Shown: positions 10,461 through 20,689 of the stretch, in pieces
Layout: every line of letters starts with the position of its first letter
Numbering within the stretch: position 1 is the stretch's first letter
Source of the DNA: an uncultured bacterium
GTDB lineage: Bacteria; Chloroflexota; UBA5177; JANWHV01
Direction: 5' to 3'
Length of the DNA: 64,000 nucleotides
Assembly (NCBI GenBank): GCA_963729625.1
Contig: CAVSOU010000005.1
Location: 1-64,000, forward strand
Program-made: the position numbers and the translations under genes
The notes under the pieces: generated by a model
What the model was told of the DNA's origin: nothing
What the model saw: the letters and a program-made list of their open reading frames with translations, nothing else
Database searches by the model: none

Positions 10461-11411
10461 TCAGTCCGTCAGGTCCTTCAGCGGCTTATGCTGCTCCGCA
10501 GCATTGACGTAATGAAAGATTCCAATGCCTGTGGCCAAGACTGCTGGGCTCTTCGGATCTAACGGACAACGTTTCGCCAGCCAGTCGTCGATATCCGCGA
10601 TCAAATGCCGCACGCGCTCTCGTGCATAGCGATCAAATTCCGCAACCTGCGCCGGGTCCAATCCATTGTCTGCAAAGACCGCACGTTCAAGGCGTTTGGA
10701 GACTCCTGATTCTATCGGCGCCCCAGCTGCCGGCATTCCAGTTGTTTCGGCCGCCGCTGTTGGTGTGGCGCCGGCTAATGCTCTAAGAACCTGTGCAGCC
10801 TCTAGCGCCCCGGTGTTACTGAGATTGTATTCCAGGGTATTTGCCAGGTTCGCCAGGGTGTTGCCGAAGTACTCAAGACTTACAGGAGACATTGGTTCGG
10901 GTGTGACGTAAGTACGCGACGTCACTTTTAGGAATTTCTCCCCAGACTGAACCACTACACCAGCCCTAGTTAGGTCTTCTAGCAGTAGCACGGGGTTTAC
11001 GCTCGGATCTGCACGCCTTACCAAATCAGTGAAGCACCTGCCGGATGTTGCATCGTAGTCGATCTCTAACGGCACACCATAGGGCCCTAGATACCGAGGA
11101 TCCGTATTCCAGAGGTGCAATACTTCGGCCAATGCATGCGCATGAGTAGGCGGCGGCGGGGTAAGCAGATCCTCATTATCGACATATCGGTCGACATCAC
11201 GGCGCGGCACGCCGGTCGCAAGGGACACGCGGCTTCGGGTCAGCGGCCCGGGCCGAGCAATGCCATCACGAATGGCGCTCTCGACGTAGACACCCTTGAT
11301 GACCTCGACAAACTCATCGTGCCGTACGCCGGCGCGAATGAGGATCTTCACCAAGGGTCTCAGCACCTTGCGGAAGGCGTGGATCAGGTGGCTGCGCGGA
11401 TCTTCGCTCAT
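10461..11411 (-). CDS. DUF6502-like protein (paralogue 3, HTH-like motif present)
   Basis: LRPLVKILIRAGVRHDEFVEVIKGVYVE, TRSRVSLATGVPRRDV, WNTDPRYL, RLERAVF, IDDWL...GIGIFHY. Starts 9 bp after the dgt stop. Confidence 0.8.
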   Translation of the reverse strand: MSEDPRSHLIHAFRKVLRPLVKILIRAGVRHDEFVEVIKGVYVESAIRDGIARPGPLTRSRVSLATGVPRRDVDRYVDNEDLLTPPPPTHAHALAEVLHLWNTDPRYLGPYGVPLEIDYDATSGRCFTDLVRRADPSVNPVLLLEDLTRAGVVVQSGEKFLKVTSRTYVTPEPMSPVSLEYFGNTLANLANTLEYNLSNTGALEAAQVLRALAGATPTAAAETTGMPAAGAPIESGVSKRLERAVFADNGLDPAQVAEFDRYARERVRHLIADIDDWLAKRCPLDPKSPAVLATGIGIFHYVNAAEQHKPLKDLTD

Positions 11412-11420
11412 GGATAGTCC

Positions 11421-12589
11421 TCAGCTTCGCTCGCCGGGCACGAACATGCGCTCGTGCTCCCGGATAGCGTAACGATCTGTCATGCCGGCCACGTAGTCCG
11501 CCACCGCGCGGGCCCGTCCAGCCTCGCCCTCCCGCTCCTGCAGCACCAATGCTGCGGCATGGTGCTCCTCGGGCATGAGATTCACGTCATCAAAGAAAGC
11601 CTGAAAAAGCGCCTGCACAACGCGGCGTGCCTTCAGCGTCATGCGCTGCACACGGTAGTGCCGGTAGAGGTTCTCGCGCAGGAACTGCTTGAGCTCAAGG
11701 TGCTGGGCTCGGGTCTGCTCGCTCATGCCCACGAGGTGGCCGGGCTGTGCGCGCACGTCGTCAATGGACTTCGGATCCGCATCGTCAATACGCGCCGTGG
11801 TGGAGCGCACGACATCCACGACCAGGTGGTTGATCATGCGCCGCACCGTCTCGTGCACGAGGCGCCGGCCCTGCAGCGCGGGATATTTCTCCTGCACCAC
11901 TTCCAGCTGCATGCGCACCAGCGAGAGCTCGCGCAGCTGCTCCAGCGTCAGCAGGCCGGCCCGCAGGCCGTCATCCACGTCGTGGTTGTTGTAGGCGATC
12001 TCGTCGGCAAGGTTAGCAAGCTGTGCCTCAAGGCTGGGCTGGCGACGCTCGATGAAGCGAAGGCCGACGTCCCCGAGCTTGCGGGCGCTGTTGAGCGAGC
12101 AGTGTTTGAGGATCCCCTCGCGGCACTCGAACGTAAGGTTCAGGCCGTTGAACTCCGCGTACCGCTCCTCCAGCTCATCGACGATGCGCAAGGACTGCAG
12201 GTTGTGCTCAAACCCACCATAGTCGCGCAGGCACTCATTCAGCGCGTCCTGTCCGGCGTGCCCGAACGGCGTATGCCCCAGGTCGTGCGCCAGGCAGATC
12301 GCCTCGGTCAGTGCCTCGTTGAGGTTCAGCGCCCGGGCGATCGAGCGGGCGATCTGCGCGACCTCCATCGAGTGCGTCAGGCGCGTGCGATACAGGTCGC
12401 CCTCGTGGTTGACGAACACCTGCGTCTTGTAGACCAGGCGCCGGAAGGCGTTGGAGTGCACGATGCGGTCGCGGTCGCGCTGGAACTCATCGCGGTACTG
12501 CGGCGGCGGCTCCGGATGGCGGCGACCGCGGGAGAGTTCACTCCGGGCGGCGTACGGCGCGAGGTTTGCGCTGTCGGTAGCCGCGTCAT
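11421..12589 (-). CDS. dgt: Deoxyguanosinetriphosphate triphosphohydrolase
   Basis: [58 protein letters not shown]. Indel near the start. Confidence 0.93.
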
Positions 12590-12592
12590 GGC

Positions 12593-13669
12593 CTACCCGA
12601 AGTGCGCAGCAAGTGTGGCGGCCAGTACGTCGTCAGGATAGTCCGCGGTAAAGCGGGCCCGGCCGAGCGCCTCAAGCAGCACGAGCCTGATCCGGCCACC
12701 CTTCACCTTCTTGTCCACACTCATGTACTGGCGGGCGCGCTCGGCGCCGATCCGCGGCGGCGGCGTCGCAAGCCCCGCACGATCCAGTAGCTCCGCCACC
12801 CGTTTGACGTCTGCGGCCGCGATCAGACCCAGGCGCGCCGACATGTCGGCAGCGATGACCATGCCGGCCGCGACCGCCTCGCCGTGGAGCCACTGCGTAT
12901 AGCCGGTGGCGGCTTCTATCGCGTGGCCGAAGGTATGGCCGAAGTTCAGCAGTGCCCGCTCGCCCTGCTCGTGCTCATCACGCAGCACGACCTGGGCCTT
13001 GAGCTCGCAGGAGCGGTGGATCGCATGGGCGAGCGCCGCGCGCATCCAGGCGCAGCAGCGCATCCAGGTTCTGCTCCAGCCACGCCAGGAAGTCCGCATC
13101 CAGACACGAGCCGTACTTGATGACCTCGGCAAGGCCCGCCCGCAGTTCGCGGATCGGCAGGGTCGCCAGGGTCGAGTGTCGGAGATCACCGCACGGGGCT
13201 GGTGGAAGGCGCCGATGAGATTCTTGCCGCCCGGGTGGTTGACGCCGGTCTTGCCGCCGACCGAGGAGTCCACCTGCGCCAGAAGCGTGGTGGGAACCTG
13301 CGCAAAGCCGACGCCGCGCTGGTAGCAGGCGGCGGAGAAGCCCGCGAGGTCTCCAACCACGCCGCCTCCCAGGGCCAGCACGATGCTGTCGCGCCCGAAG
13401 CGGTTGGCCACCAGCACGTCGAGGACGCGCGAGACATTGTCCAGCGTCTTGTACTGCTCGCCATCGGGCAAACGCAGGTCAACGATGCGGCGGTCCTTGA
13501 GCGAGGCGGTCACCTGATCGGCGTACAGCGGACCCACGGTCGTGTTGGTAACCAGCAGGATGTCCTGTGCGCTCACGTAGGCAGGCACCGCGTGGCCTTC
13601 GGCCAGCAGCGATTGCCCGATCAGGATCGGATAGGCGCGTTCACCCAGGGCGACATCCAGCTTCAGCAC
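12593..13669 (-). CDS. aroB: 3-dehydroquinate synthase
   Basis: [53 protein letters not shown]. Compensating indels mid-gene. Confidence 0.95.
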   Translation of the reverse strand: MLKLDVALGERAYPILIGQSLLAEGHAVPAYVSAQDILLVTNTTVGPLYADQVTASLKDRRIVDLRLPDGEQYKTLDNVSRVLDVLVANRFGRDSIVLALGGGVVGDLAGFSAACYQRGVGFAQVPTTLLAQVDSSVGGKTGVNHPGGKNLIGAFHQPRAVISDTRPWRPCRSANCGRALPRSSSTARVWMRTSWRGWSRTWMRCCAWMRAALAHAIHRSCELKAQVVLRDEHEQGERALLNFGHTFGHAIEAATGYTQWLHGEAVAAGMVIAADMSARLGLIAAADVKRVAELLDRAGLATPPPRIGAERARQYMSVDKKVKGGRIRLVLLEALGRARFTADYPDDVLAATLAAHFG

Positions 13670-13747
13670 GGTGATCAGACTGCCTCTTAAGCCTTAAGCC
13701 ACGAACAGGGCCCCAAGTATACGGCCGGACCGCGCGATCGCGGGGAC

Positions 13748-14302
13748 TCAGGTCTCCTCGAACTCGGGGATCGGACCCTCGTGGCCGCGGACTTCCCGCA
13801 GAATGTGTTCGGCCACCTTCTGCACGCGGCGGTGATCGGTGGGCACGATGTAGTCGGCCATCTGCCGGTAGAACGGCTCGCGGTCAATCCTAAGCTTGCG
13901 CAGCCGCTCCCCCAGGTCCCCGTCACGCAGCAGGGGCCGCCCGCGGCCGCTGCCCACGCGCTGCATCTGCTGTCCCAGGGAGGTCTCAAGGTAGATGACC
14001 GTACCGTGCTGGGTCAGCTGTTCCCGGTTCGCCGCCATGAGAATGGCCCCGCCGCCGGTGGCCATGACGATCGGCTCCAGCAGCACCAGCGCCTCGATCG
14101 CCTCGCGCTCGCGCCGCCTGAAGCCCGCCTCCCCCTCACGCTCGAAGATCAGCGGGATGTCGACGCCCGTACGGCGCTCCACCTCTGCGTCACTGTCGTA
14201 GAAGGGCACCTCCAGCAGACGTGCAAGCTGGCGTCCCACGGCGGTCTTGCCCGAGCCCATGGGTCCAATGAGGTAGATGTTGCGCTTGCCGATCATGCTC
14301 AT
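13748..14302 (-). CDS. aroK: Shikimate kinase
   Basis: IGPMGSGKTAVG, EGEAGFRRRE, ATGGG, RPLL. Upstream of aroB. Confidence 0.95.
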   Translation of the reverse strand: MSMIGKRNIYLIGPMGSGKTAVGRQLARLLEVPFYDSDAEVERRTGVDIPLIFEREGEAGFRRREREAIEALVLLEPIVMATGGGAILMAANREQLTQHGTVIYLETSLGQQMQRVGSGRGRPLLRDGDLGERLRKLRIDREPFYRQMADYIVPTDHRRVQKVAEHILREVRGHEGPIPEFEET

Positions 14303-14309
14303 GAGGAAC

Positions 14310-14339
14310 GAAAACGGCCGCCCTTTCGGCGGCCGTTCT
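14310..14339 (-). terminator. Hairpin / probable terminator after the Ig-repeat lipoprotein gene
   Basis: Stem AACGGCCGCC/GGCGGCCGTT, loop CTTTC, short T tail on the minus strand. Confidence 0.6.
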
Positions 14340-14364
14340 CAGTCTAACCCGTTCTGCTGCGGTT

Positions 14365-16596
14365 TTAGTTCAGGTCGGTGCAGAGCACATCCTGTCCGTA
14401 GGGGCTGAACTCGCCCGGCAGCGCCGAGGTGGTCGTCGTGATGTAAGTGGCGAGCTGCGGCAGGTAGAAGGTTGCCGTAACCGTCGACACCGAGCCCGCC
14501 ACCTGCGTCGTGGCCGTCAGCAGCACCTCCGACCAGATGGCGTGGTCTTCCGGATACACGACGTTGAAGGTCGCGGCGCCGGTGCTGTCGGTCGTTACCG
14601 TGCCGGGGCTTACGACCGCTACATTGGGTACCGTCACCGCACCGCCCAGGCCCTCGAAGCAGGTGGCGGTGACATCGGGTGGAAGTGGGGCTGGAGGGTC
14701 AATTGACCAGACCTGGCTGCCGCCAACGTTCTGGATAGTCCATTGGCCCTTGCGGAAGCCAATGGTCTGGACGTTCAGCGTCACGACGGCGCCGGCGACC
14801 GGGTTACCGGCGGCGTCCACCGCGAGCACCGAATACGGCAGCAGGAACTGCGTCTGGGGGGCGTTTTCAGCCAGCTTGATGCCCGTTCCCAGCGACAGGT
14901 TCACCGACTGTCCACCGACGGTGAACTGCAGCGAACTGCTGAGTGCGGTGCCACGCACCGTGGCAGCGACCATGACGCCCAGATAGGTGCTGCTGGTGCC
15001 CGTCGCGGTGTAGACGGTCTGCGCCACGCCCTGCGCATTGGTCACCGCCGAGGCGGCCGAGAGGCTGCCACCGGTGCTGTCCGTCAGCTGGAAGTCCACC
15101 GTCTGGTTGGCCACCAGGTTGTTCTGGGCGTCGGTCACGACAGCACTGATCGTGGTGGTGCCTTGCGTCTGCACAGTCGCCGGCGCCGCCTGCAGGACCA
15201 GCTTGGTCGGGTTGGTCGCAACGAAATTCAAGGGCAGCTGCGCGGAAACCGGCGAGCCGCCGGAGGTCGCGCTGGCGATAATGGTGCCGGGTCCTGCGGT
15301 CGTCGCATACACGTACACCGTGGCCATACCGGTTCCGTCCGTGGTCGCCGTCGCCGACGAGGAGAACGTATAGGGATTGGTAACCGCGGACACGGAGCCG
15401 CGCGTCGTCGTGAAGGTCACGGGCGTGTTGGCAACCGGGCCGCTCGTGGTGGTCCAGAGCACGGACACCGCGGTAAGTCCGGTAGTCGAGGGCGCCACAG
15501 GCGCCGCCGTCACGATCGGCAGCGGCGTGGCCGCCGTGGTGGTCGACGCCGCGGTAAACCCGAAACTCTGATTGCTGACGGCAACCGTCTGCTTGGCGCT
15601 GGCCCCAAGACCGGCGACCGTGATCGTGTCGGAGCTCGCGGCGTTCACGGCCTTCAGCGTGAAGGTCCCCTGGCCACCGGCGTTGGTCGTAACCGTCGCG
15701 GGCGTGATCGTGTTGCCTGCAGAAGACGTGACGGTGACTACGCCCGCCGAGATCGGCGTGCCGCCGGAATCCACCAGCGCGATGTTGTAGGTGCCGGCAG
15801 CGCCGGCCTGGATGAGGCTGGAGGGGCCACTGAGCGTGATGGCCGTGCCCGCCACATTGACGTTGATGTTCGCGGTGCTGCTGCCGGAGGTAGCCGTCAC
15901 CGTGATCGCACGGTTGGTCGGGTCTCCGGCCGTGTTCAACACGATGGTCGCGGTGCCATTGGCGCCGGTGACGGTCGGATTCGAGCCCTGCAGGCCACCG
16001 GAGGTCGCCGTGAACGTGACCGGCACGCCGGAGAGGAGCTGGTTGGTGGCGCTGCGCACGTAGGCCGTGATCGTCACCGGCGAGGAACCGTTGGAGGCGG
16101 TCTGCGGGGAGCTGGTGGAAATCGTGACCGTCTGGCCGGCGCTGACCACCGATACCTGTGTGGTGCCCTTCACCGCACCGATCGCGGCGGTGACGGTAAT
16201 CGTGCTGCCTGCCGCTGCGCCGTTAGAGACCAGGGTCGCGGTTGCGACGCCGCTGGCACTGGTGGTCCCGGAGGTCACCGTCAGGGCACCGCCCGTGGTG
16301 GACGTGAAGGTCACGGTCGCGCCCGATACCGCAACGTTGCTGGCGCTCAGCGCCGTGGCCGTGATGGTCACCTTGCCGGAACCGTCGGCCGGGAGCGAGG
16401 TTGCGCTGGTAGTGACCGACACGGTGGCTACCGTTGAACTCGCCGCGCTCGACGCGCTCGTGTTGGAGAAGGAGCCGTTGGAACCGCCGCCGCAGGCGCT
16501 AAGCAGCGTGCCCGCCAGGAAAGCGGCCACCAACCAGGACGTGACCGACCGCAGTCGCGCGCTCAAGGCCACATTCCATGTAGATATACGCATCAT
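14365..16596 (-). CDS. Bacterial Ig-like (Big_1 / invasin-type) repeat lipoprotein
   Basis: Lipobox LLSACGGG. Repeated ADG..TITA...VSGATVTF...T...G.A motifs. Very Thr/Ser/Ala/Val rich. AGGTG RBS. Confidence 0.8.
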   Translation of the reverse strand: MMRISTWNVALSARLRSVTSWLVAAFLAGTLLSACGGGSNGSFSNTSASSAASSTVATVSVTTSATSLPADGSGKVTITATALSASNVAVSGATVTFTSTTGGALTVTSGTTSASGVATATLVSNGAAAGSTITVTAAIGAVKGTTQVSVVSAGQTVTISTSSPQTASNGSSPVTITAYVRSATNQLLSGVPVTFTATSGGLQGSNPTVTGANGTATIVLNTAGDPTNRAITVTATSGSSTANINVNVAGTAITLSGPSSLIQAGAAGTYNIALVDSGGTPISAGVVTVTSSAGNTITPATVTTNAGGQGTFTLKAVNAASSDTITVAGLGASAKQTVAVSNQSFGFTAASTTTAATPLPIVTAAPVAPSTTGLTAVSVLWTTTSGPVANTPVTFTTTRGSVSAVTNPYTFSSSATATTDGTGMATVYVYATTAGPGTIIASATSGGSPVSAQLPLNFVATNPTKLVLQAAPATVQTQGTTTISAVVTDAQNNLVANQTVDFQLTDSTGGSLSAASAVTNAQGVAQTVYTATGTSSTYLGVMVAATVRGTALSSSLQFTVGGQSVNLSLGTGIKLAENAPQTQFLLPYSVLAVDAAGNPVAGAVVTLNVQTIGFRKGQWTIQNVGGSQVWSIDPPAPLPPDVTATCFEGLGGAVTVPNVAVVSPGTVTTDSTGAATFNVVYPEDHAIWSEVLLTATTQVAGSVSTVTATFYLPQLATYITTTTSALPGEFSPYGQDVLCTDLN

Positions 16597-16674
16597 ATAA
16601 GTCACCTAAAAAACCTTAGTGCCAACGTTCGGGTCACCAGTGGGGTCATCCGTCTTCGCGCCGTCCGGGCGCGT

Positions 16675-18888
16675 CTAGTAAACGTTCACGCCTTCACGCA
16701 GGATCTTCGGCGTGATGAAGATCAGCAGCTCGGTCTTGTTGTTGATCTTGGTCGTTGTCTTGAACAGGTTGCCGAGCACCGGGATATCGCCGAGCAGCGG
16801 CACCTTGTTCGAGTTGTCGGTACGCGTGGTCTCGAGGATGCCGCCGAGCACCACGGTCTGGCCGTCGCTGACCAGCACCTGGTGGTGATCTCGCGGGTGT
16901 CGATCGACGGCACGTTCACGCCGCCGGAGGTCACGACCGACCGTGCCGACGCTGTCCTTCTTCACGTCGAGGTCCAGGATCACGCGGTTATCCGGCGTGA
17001 TCAGCGGCGTCACCTTGCAGCGACAGCACGGCCTTCTTGAACTGCATCGTCGTGGCGCCGCTGGAGGCCGACTGCCTGGTACGGGATTTCGATGCCCTGC
17101 ATGATGGTCGCCTGCTTCTGGTTCGCGGTGATGACGCGCGGCGAGGAGATGACCTCGCCGCGGCCTTCCGTCTGCGCGGCCGAGAGTTCCAGGTCGACGA
17201 TGTAGCTCCGACCCAGCAGCGATCAGCGCGAGGCTGCCGGCGGGGTTCGGCCACGGGCAGGTTCACCTTGTAGCGGTTGGCCGCGCTCGCGCCGGTGGCC
17301 ACGCTCACCGGGTAGGGCGACCGTTGGATGTCGAGGTTGTTCAGCGCCGAGCTCAGGATCGTGTCGGTGCCCGCCGCCGGTGCCGGAGATGGAGAGCAGG
17401 CCGTTGTTGCCGTTGGTCTGCGTCGCCGGTGATGCCGGCGCGCGCGCCGAGATCGCGCTCGAAGGTGTCGCTGACGATGACGATGCGCGCCTCGATCAGC
17501 ACCTGGCGCACCGGCACGTCCAGCGTCGCACGAGCCGGCGGACGTTGCCGAGCTGTCGGCGGTGTCCTGGACCAGCAGCGTGTTGGTGCGTTCGTCGATC
17601 GACACGCTGCCGCGCGAGCGACAGCATCGAGTCCTTGCCGCCCCACTGCCGCCGCCTGCCCGCCAGCCTTGACTGAGCTATCAGCGAGGCGAGTCGGTGA
17701 CCTTGGCGTAGTTGACCTGCAGGAACTCGGTGCGCAGCGGCGACAGCTCCTGGATGTCCTTGCGGGCGGCCAGGTCCGCCTTCTCGCGCGTGCCGCCAGC
17801 TCCTCGGTCGGCGCCGATGATGATCACGTTGTCCTGGCGCCGCTTGTCGAGGCCCTTGGTGCGCAGCACGATGTCGAGCGCCTGGTCCCAGGGCACGTTC
17901 TGCAGGCGCAGCGTGAGGTTGCCGGTGACCGAGTCGCTGACGACGATGTTCTGGCCGCTGGTGTCGGCCAGCAGCTGCAGCACGGCGCGCGACGTCGATG
18001 TCCTGGAAGTTCAGCGTCAGGCGCTCGCCCGTGTATTCCGTCTTGTCCGCCTCGGCCTGACGCCTTGCGGCGCGCGGCTTGATCTCGACGGTGTACTGGT
18101 TGTCGGACTGGTAGGCGAGCTGCTCGAAATCGCCCTGCGCGCTGATCACCAGGCGCGAGCTGCCCTCGACGCGCAGCGCATCGACAGGTCTGCACCGGCG
18201 TCGCGAAGTCCATGACGTCGTAGCGGCGCATGCAGGTTCTTCGGCAGTCGCGTGCCGGCGAAATCGACGACGACCTGGTTGCCCTCCTGGCGCACGTTGA
18301 CCGGCGTGCGCGGATCGGTGAGCTGCACGATCACGCGGCCGGTGCCGTCGGAGCCGCGGCGGAAGTCGATGGTGCGGATCGCCGCGCTCGCGGTCGCGGC
18401 CGCACGGCGCCGGCGCAGCGGCGCAGCCGCGGCGGCCGCCGGCGCAGCGCCCGCGGCGCTTCGCCGAGCGTGACGATGATGTTGTTGCCGTCGACCCGGG
18501 TCTTGTAGGGCAGCAGCGTGGTCGACGTTCACCACCAGGCGGGTGCGGCCGTTGGCCTCGGCGGCGAGCACCGTGTCGACGCCGCCGTTGCGCACGTCGA
18601 TGCGGCGGGAGGCCAGCGCCAGCGCCGTGTTCGGCAGGTCGAGCGCGATGCGCGCCGGCTTGTCGATCGTGAACGGCAGCGGCTGGGGCGCCGGGCCGCT
18701 TAAGCTGCAGCTGCAGCTCAGACTGCTGACCCGGCAGGGTCTGCACGTCGATGGCTTCCAGCTTGTTGGCAGGGGCATCCGCCGCGCGGGCCGTCTGGAC
18801 CGCGACCAATCCACCGAGAGGCGGCCGTGGCCACGAGGACCAGCGCCTGGAGGAATTTGTTAACGGCGATATAAGGCTTCATTCGCAT
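16675..18888 (-). CDS. pilQ: Type IV pilus secretin, heavily frameshifted
   Basis: AMIN-like PARIALDL, YTGERLTLNFQDIDV, VPWDQALDIVL, DERTNTLLV, QVLIEARIV, KVPLLGDIPVLGNLF, ELLIFITP. Confidence 0.93.
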
Positions 18889-18902
18889 TGTCTCCCTGCC
18901 GA

Positions 18903-19427
18903 TCATTCGTTCAGAGCCAACGAGGCGGGTCGCTCGATGTAGCCGCCGAGACCGTCCGGGACGATTTCGATGAGATTGATTTTGCTGGCCGTGATCGCGA
19001 GCACGTTGCCGTCGTTCTGTCCCAGGTAATTGCCCGGCTGCACCTGGTGCACGCAGGCCGTCCCTCGACTGCACCAGACCGTAGATCTGGCCTCCCAGAC
19101 TTGAGCGTGCCGACCATCTTCAGCGTGTCCAGCGAAAACTGCTCGAGGAACTCGCGGTTGCGGTGCGAGTCCGGGCGCAGGCTACCGGTTCGCCGCCGGA
19201 CCCGCGCCGCCCGGCAGGAACGGCGAACGCAGTCGACTGATCCGCGTAGATGAAGGTCTCGTAGGGCTTGACCTCGGGCAGCGGCTCGACGCGCCGGCCT
19301 GTTCCTTCTTGGTCTGCTTGATGCACTTCTCCAGATCCTGGCTCGCGGCTGGAGCAGCCGGCGAGCGTCGCGGCGGCCAGCACCGCTGCGAGCAGGCAGC
19401 AGCGCTTGCGTGTTCTGGTAGCGTCAT
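18903..19427 (-). CDS. pilP: Type IV pilus assembly lipoprotein, frameshifted
   Basis: Lipobox LAGC, VEPLPEVKPYETF, EFLEQF..DTLKMVGTL, GNYLGQNDG. Confidence 0.88.
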
Positions 19428-20082
19428 GGCGCACCCGGTCGCTTGTGCTTCTCGCTCTTGTCGCCGCTCGGCCTCGGCGCCTGGCAGCTCTTCCTCGTCG
19501 AGGTAGCGATAGGTCTTGGCGGTCACGTCCAGCTGCAGCTGGTCGTAGGCCGGCCTTGCCGCGACCGGCTTGATCTCGATGTCGTGCAGCGTGACGATGC
19601 GCGGCAGCGCCGCGATGCCGCTGACGAAGTCGCCGAACTGGTGGTAGCTGCCGGCCAGCCGGATCTTGATCGGCAGCTCCGCGTAGAAGTCGCTGCTCTG
19701 CTCGTGGCCGGCTGGAACAGCTTCTCCTGCAGGCCCGCGGCGAGGCCGGTCTGCGAGATGTCGACCAGCAGGTTCGGCACCTCGGTCTTGCCGGGCAGCT
19801 GGCGCAGCATCGCGCCGAAGGAGCGCTCGATGTCCGCCAGCTGCTGCTTGTAGAGCTCCAGATTCACGGCCTTGCTGCTTGTCCTCGAACTCGCTGCGCA
19901 GCTCCTGCTCTTCGGCCTGGCGGCGGTCGAGCTCCGGCCGCTGGTTCGCTCCACACGAAGAAATAGCCGCAGCGCGGCAAACACCACGAAAACCAGGCGC
20001 CGAGGCGCCCAGCGCGCACGGGCAGCGGCCAGCGGCCCGGATCGCGCGGATCCAGAGATCTTCAGTTCATCGAGAGGTTCAT
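19424..20082 (-). CDS. pilO: Type IV pilus assembly protein, frameshifted
   Basis: NLELYKQQL, MLRQLPGKTEVPNLLVDIS, LPRIVTLHD, TAKTYRYLDEEE. Confidence 0.9.
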
Positions 20083-20688
20083 GGCTTGGCCCCCTTCTTG
20101 ACCGCGGCCTTGCCGCTGTCTTCGCGGCTCTCGCCTCGTCATCGGTGAGCGTCGTCGCCTGATCCGCGTAGAGCGTGAAGTCGCTGCCGACGGCGTTGTC
20201 CTTGCTTGCTCTCGACCACCTGCAGCTCCGGGTTCTCCATCCACTGGGAGGCGTCGATGTTGCGCATGAAGGTCGAGACGCGGTTGCTGGACTGCGCGAC
20301 GCCGTGCGAGCTTGACGCTTGTTGGTCTGCTTGATCGCCGTGAGATACGCGCCGTCGGGCATGGTCTTCACGAGCTCGTCGAACAGGTGCACGATCTCCG
20401 GGCGCGTGCGCTGCAGCTTCTCGATGATCTCCATGCGCGCGATGAACCGCTGCTTTGCGTTCTCCAGATCGTTGATCTCCTCGATCTGCGCGTCGAGCTT
20501 GACGATCTCGTTCCGCAGCAGCTCGTTGCGCTGCTGCTGCGTCGTCGATCGAGCTCGAACATCAGGTATGCCGCGAAGGCGAGCCACCAGCGGCGGCCAG
20601 CGTCGCGCCACCGAGGGCGACGATGAAGCGCGAGCCTGCGATCTTTGCGCTGTTGCTCGCGCCAGGGAAGTAGGTTTATGCGTGGCAT
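20079..20688 (-). CDS. pilN: Type IV pilus assembly protein, frameshifted
   Basis: MPRINLLPWRE, ARMEIIEKLQRTRPEIVHLFDELV, SNRVSTFMRNI. Confidence 0.9.
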
Positions 20689-20689
20689 G

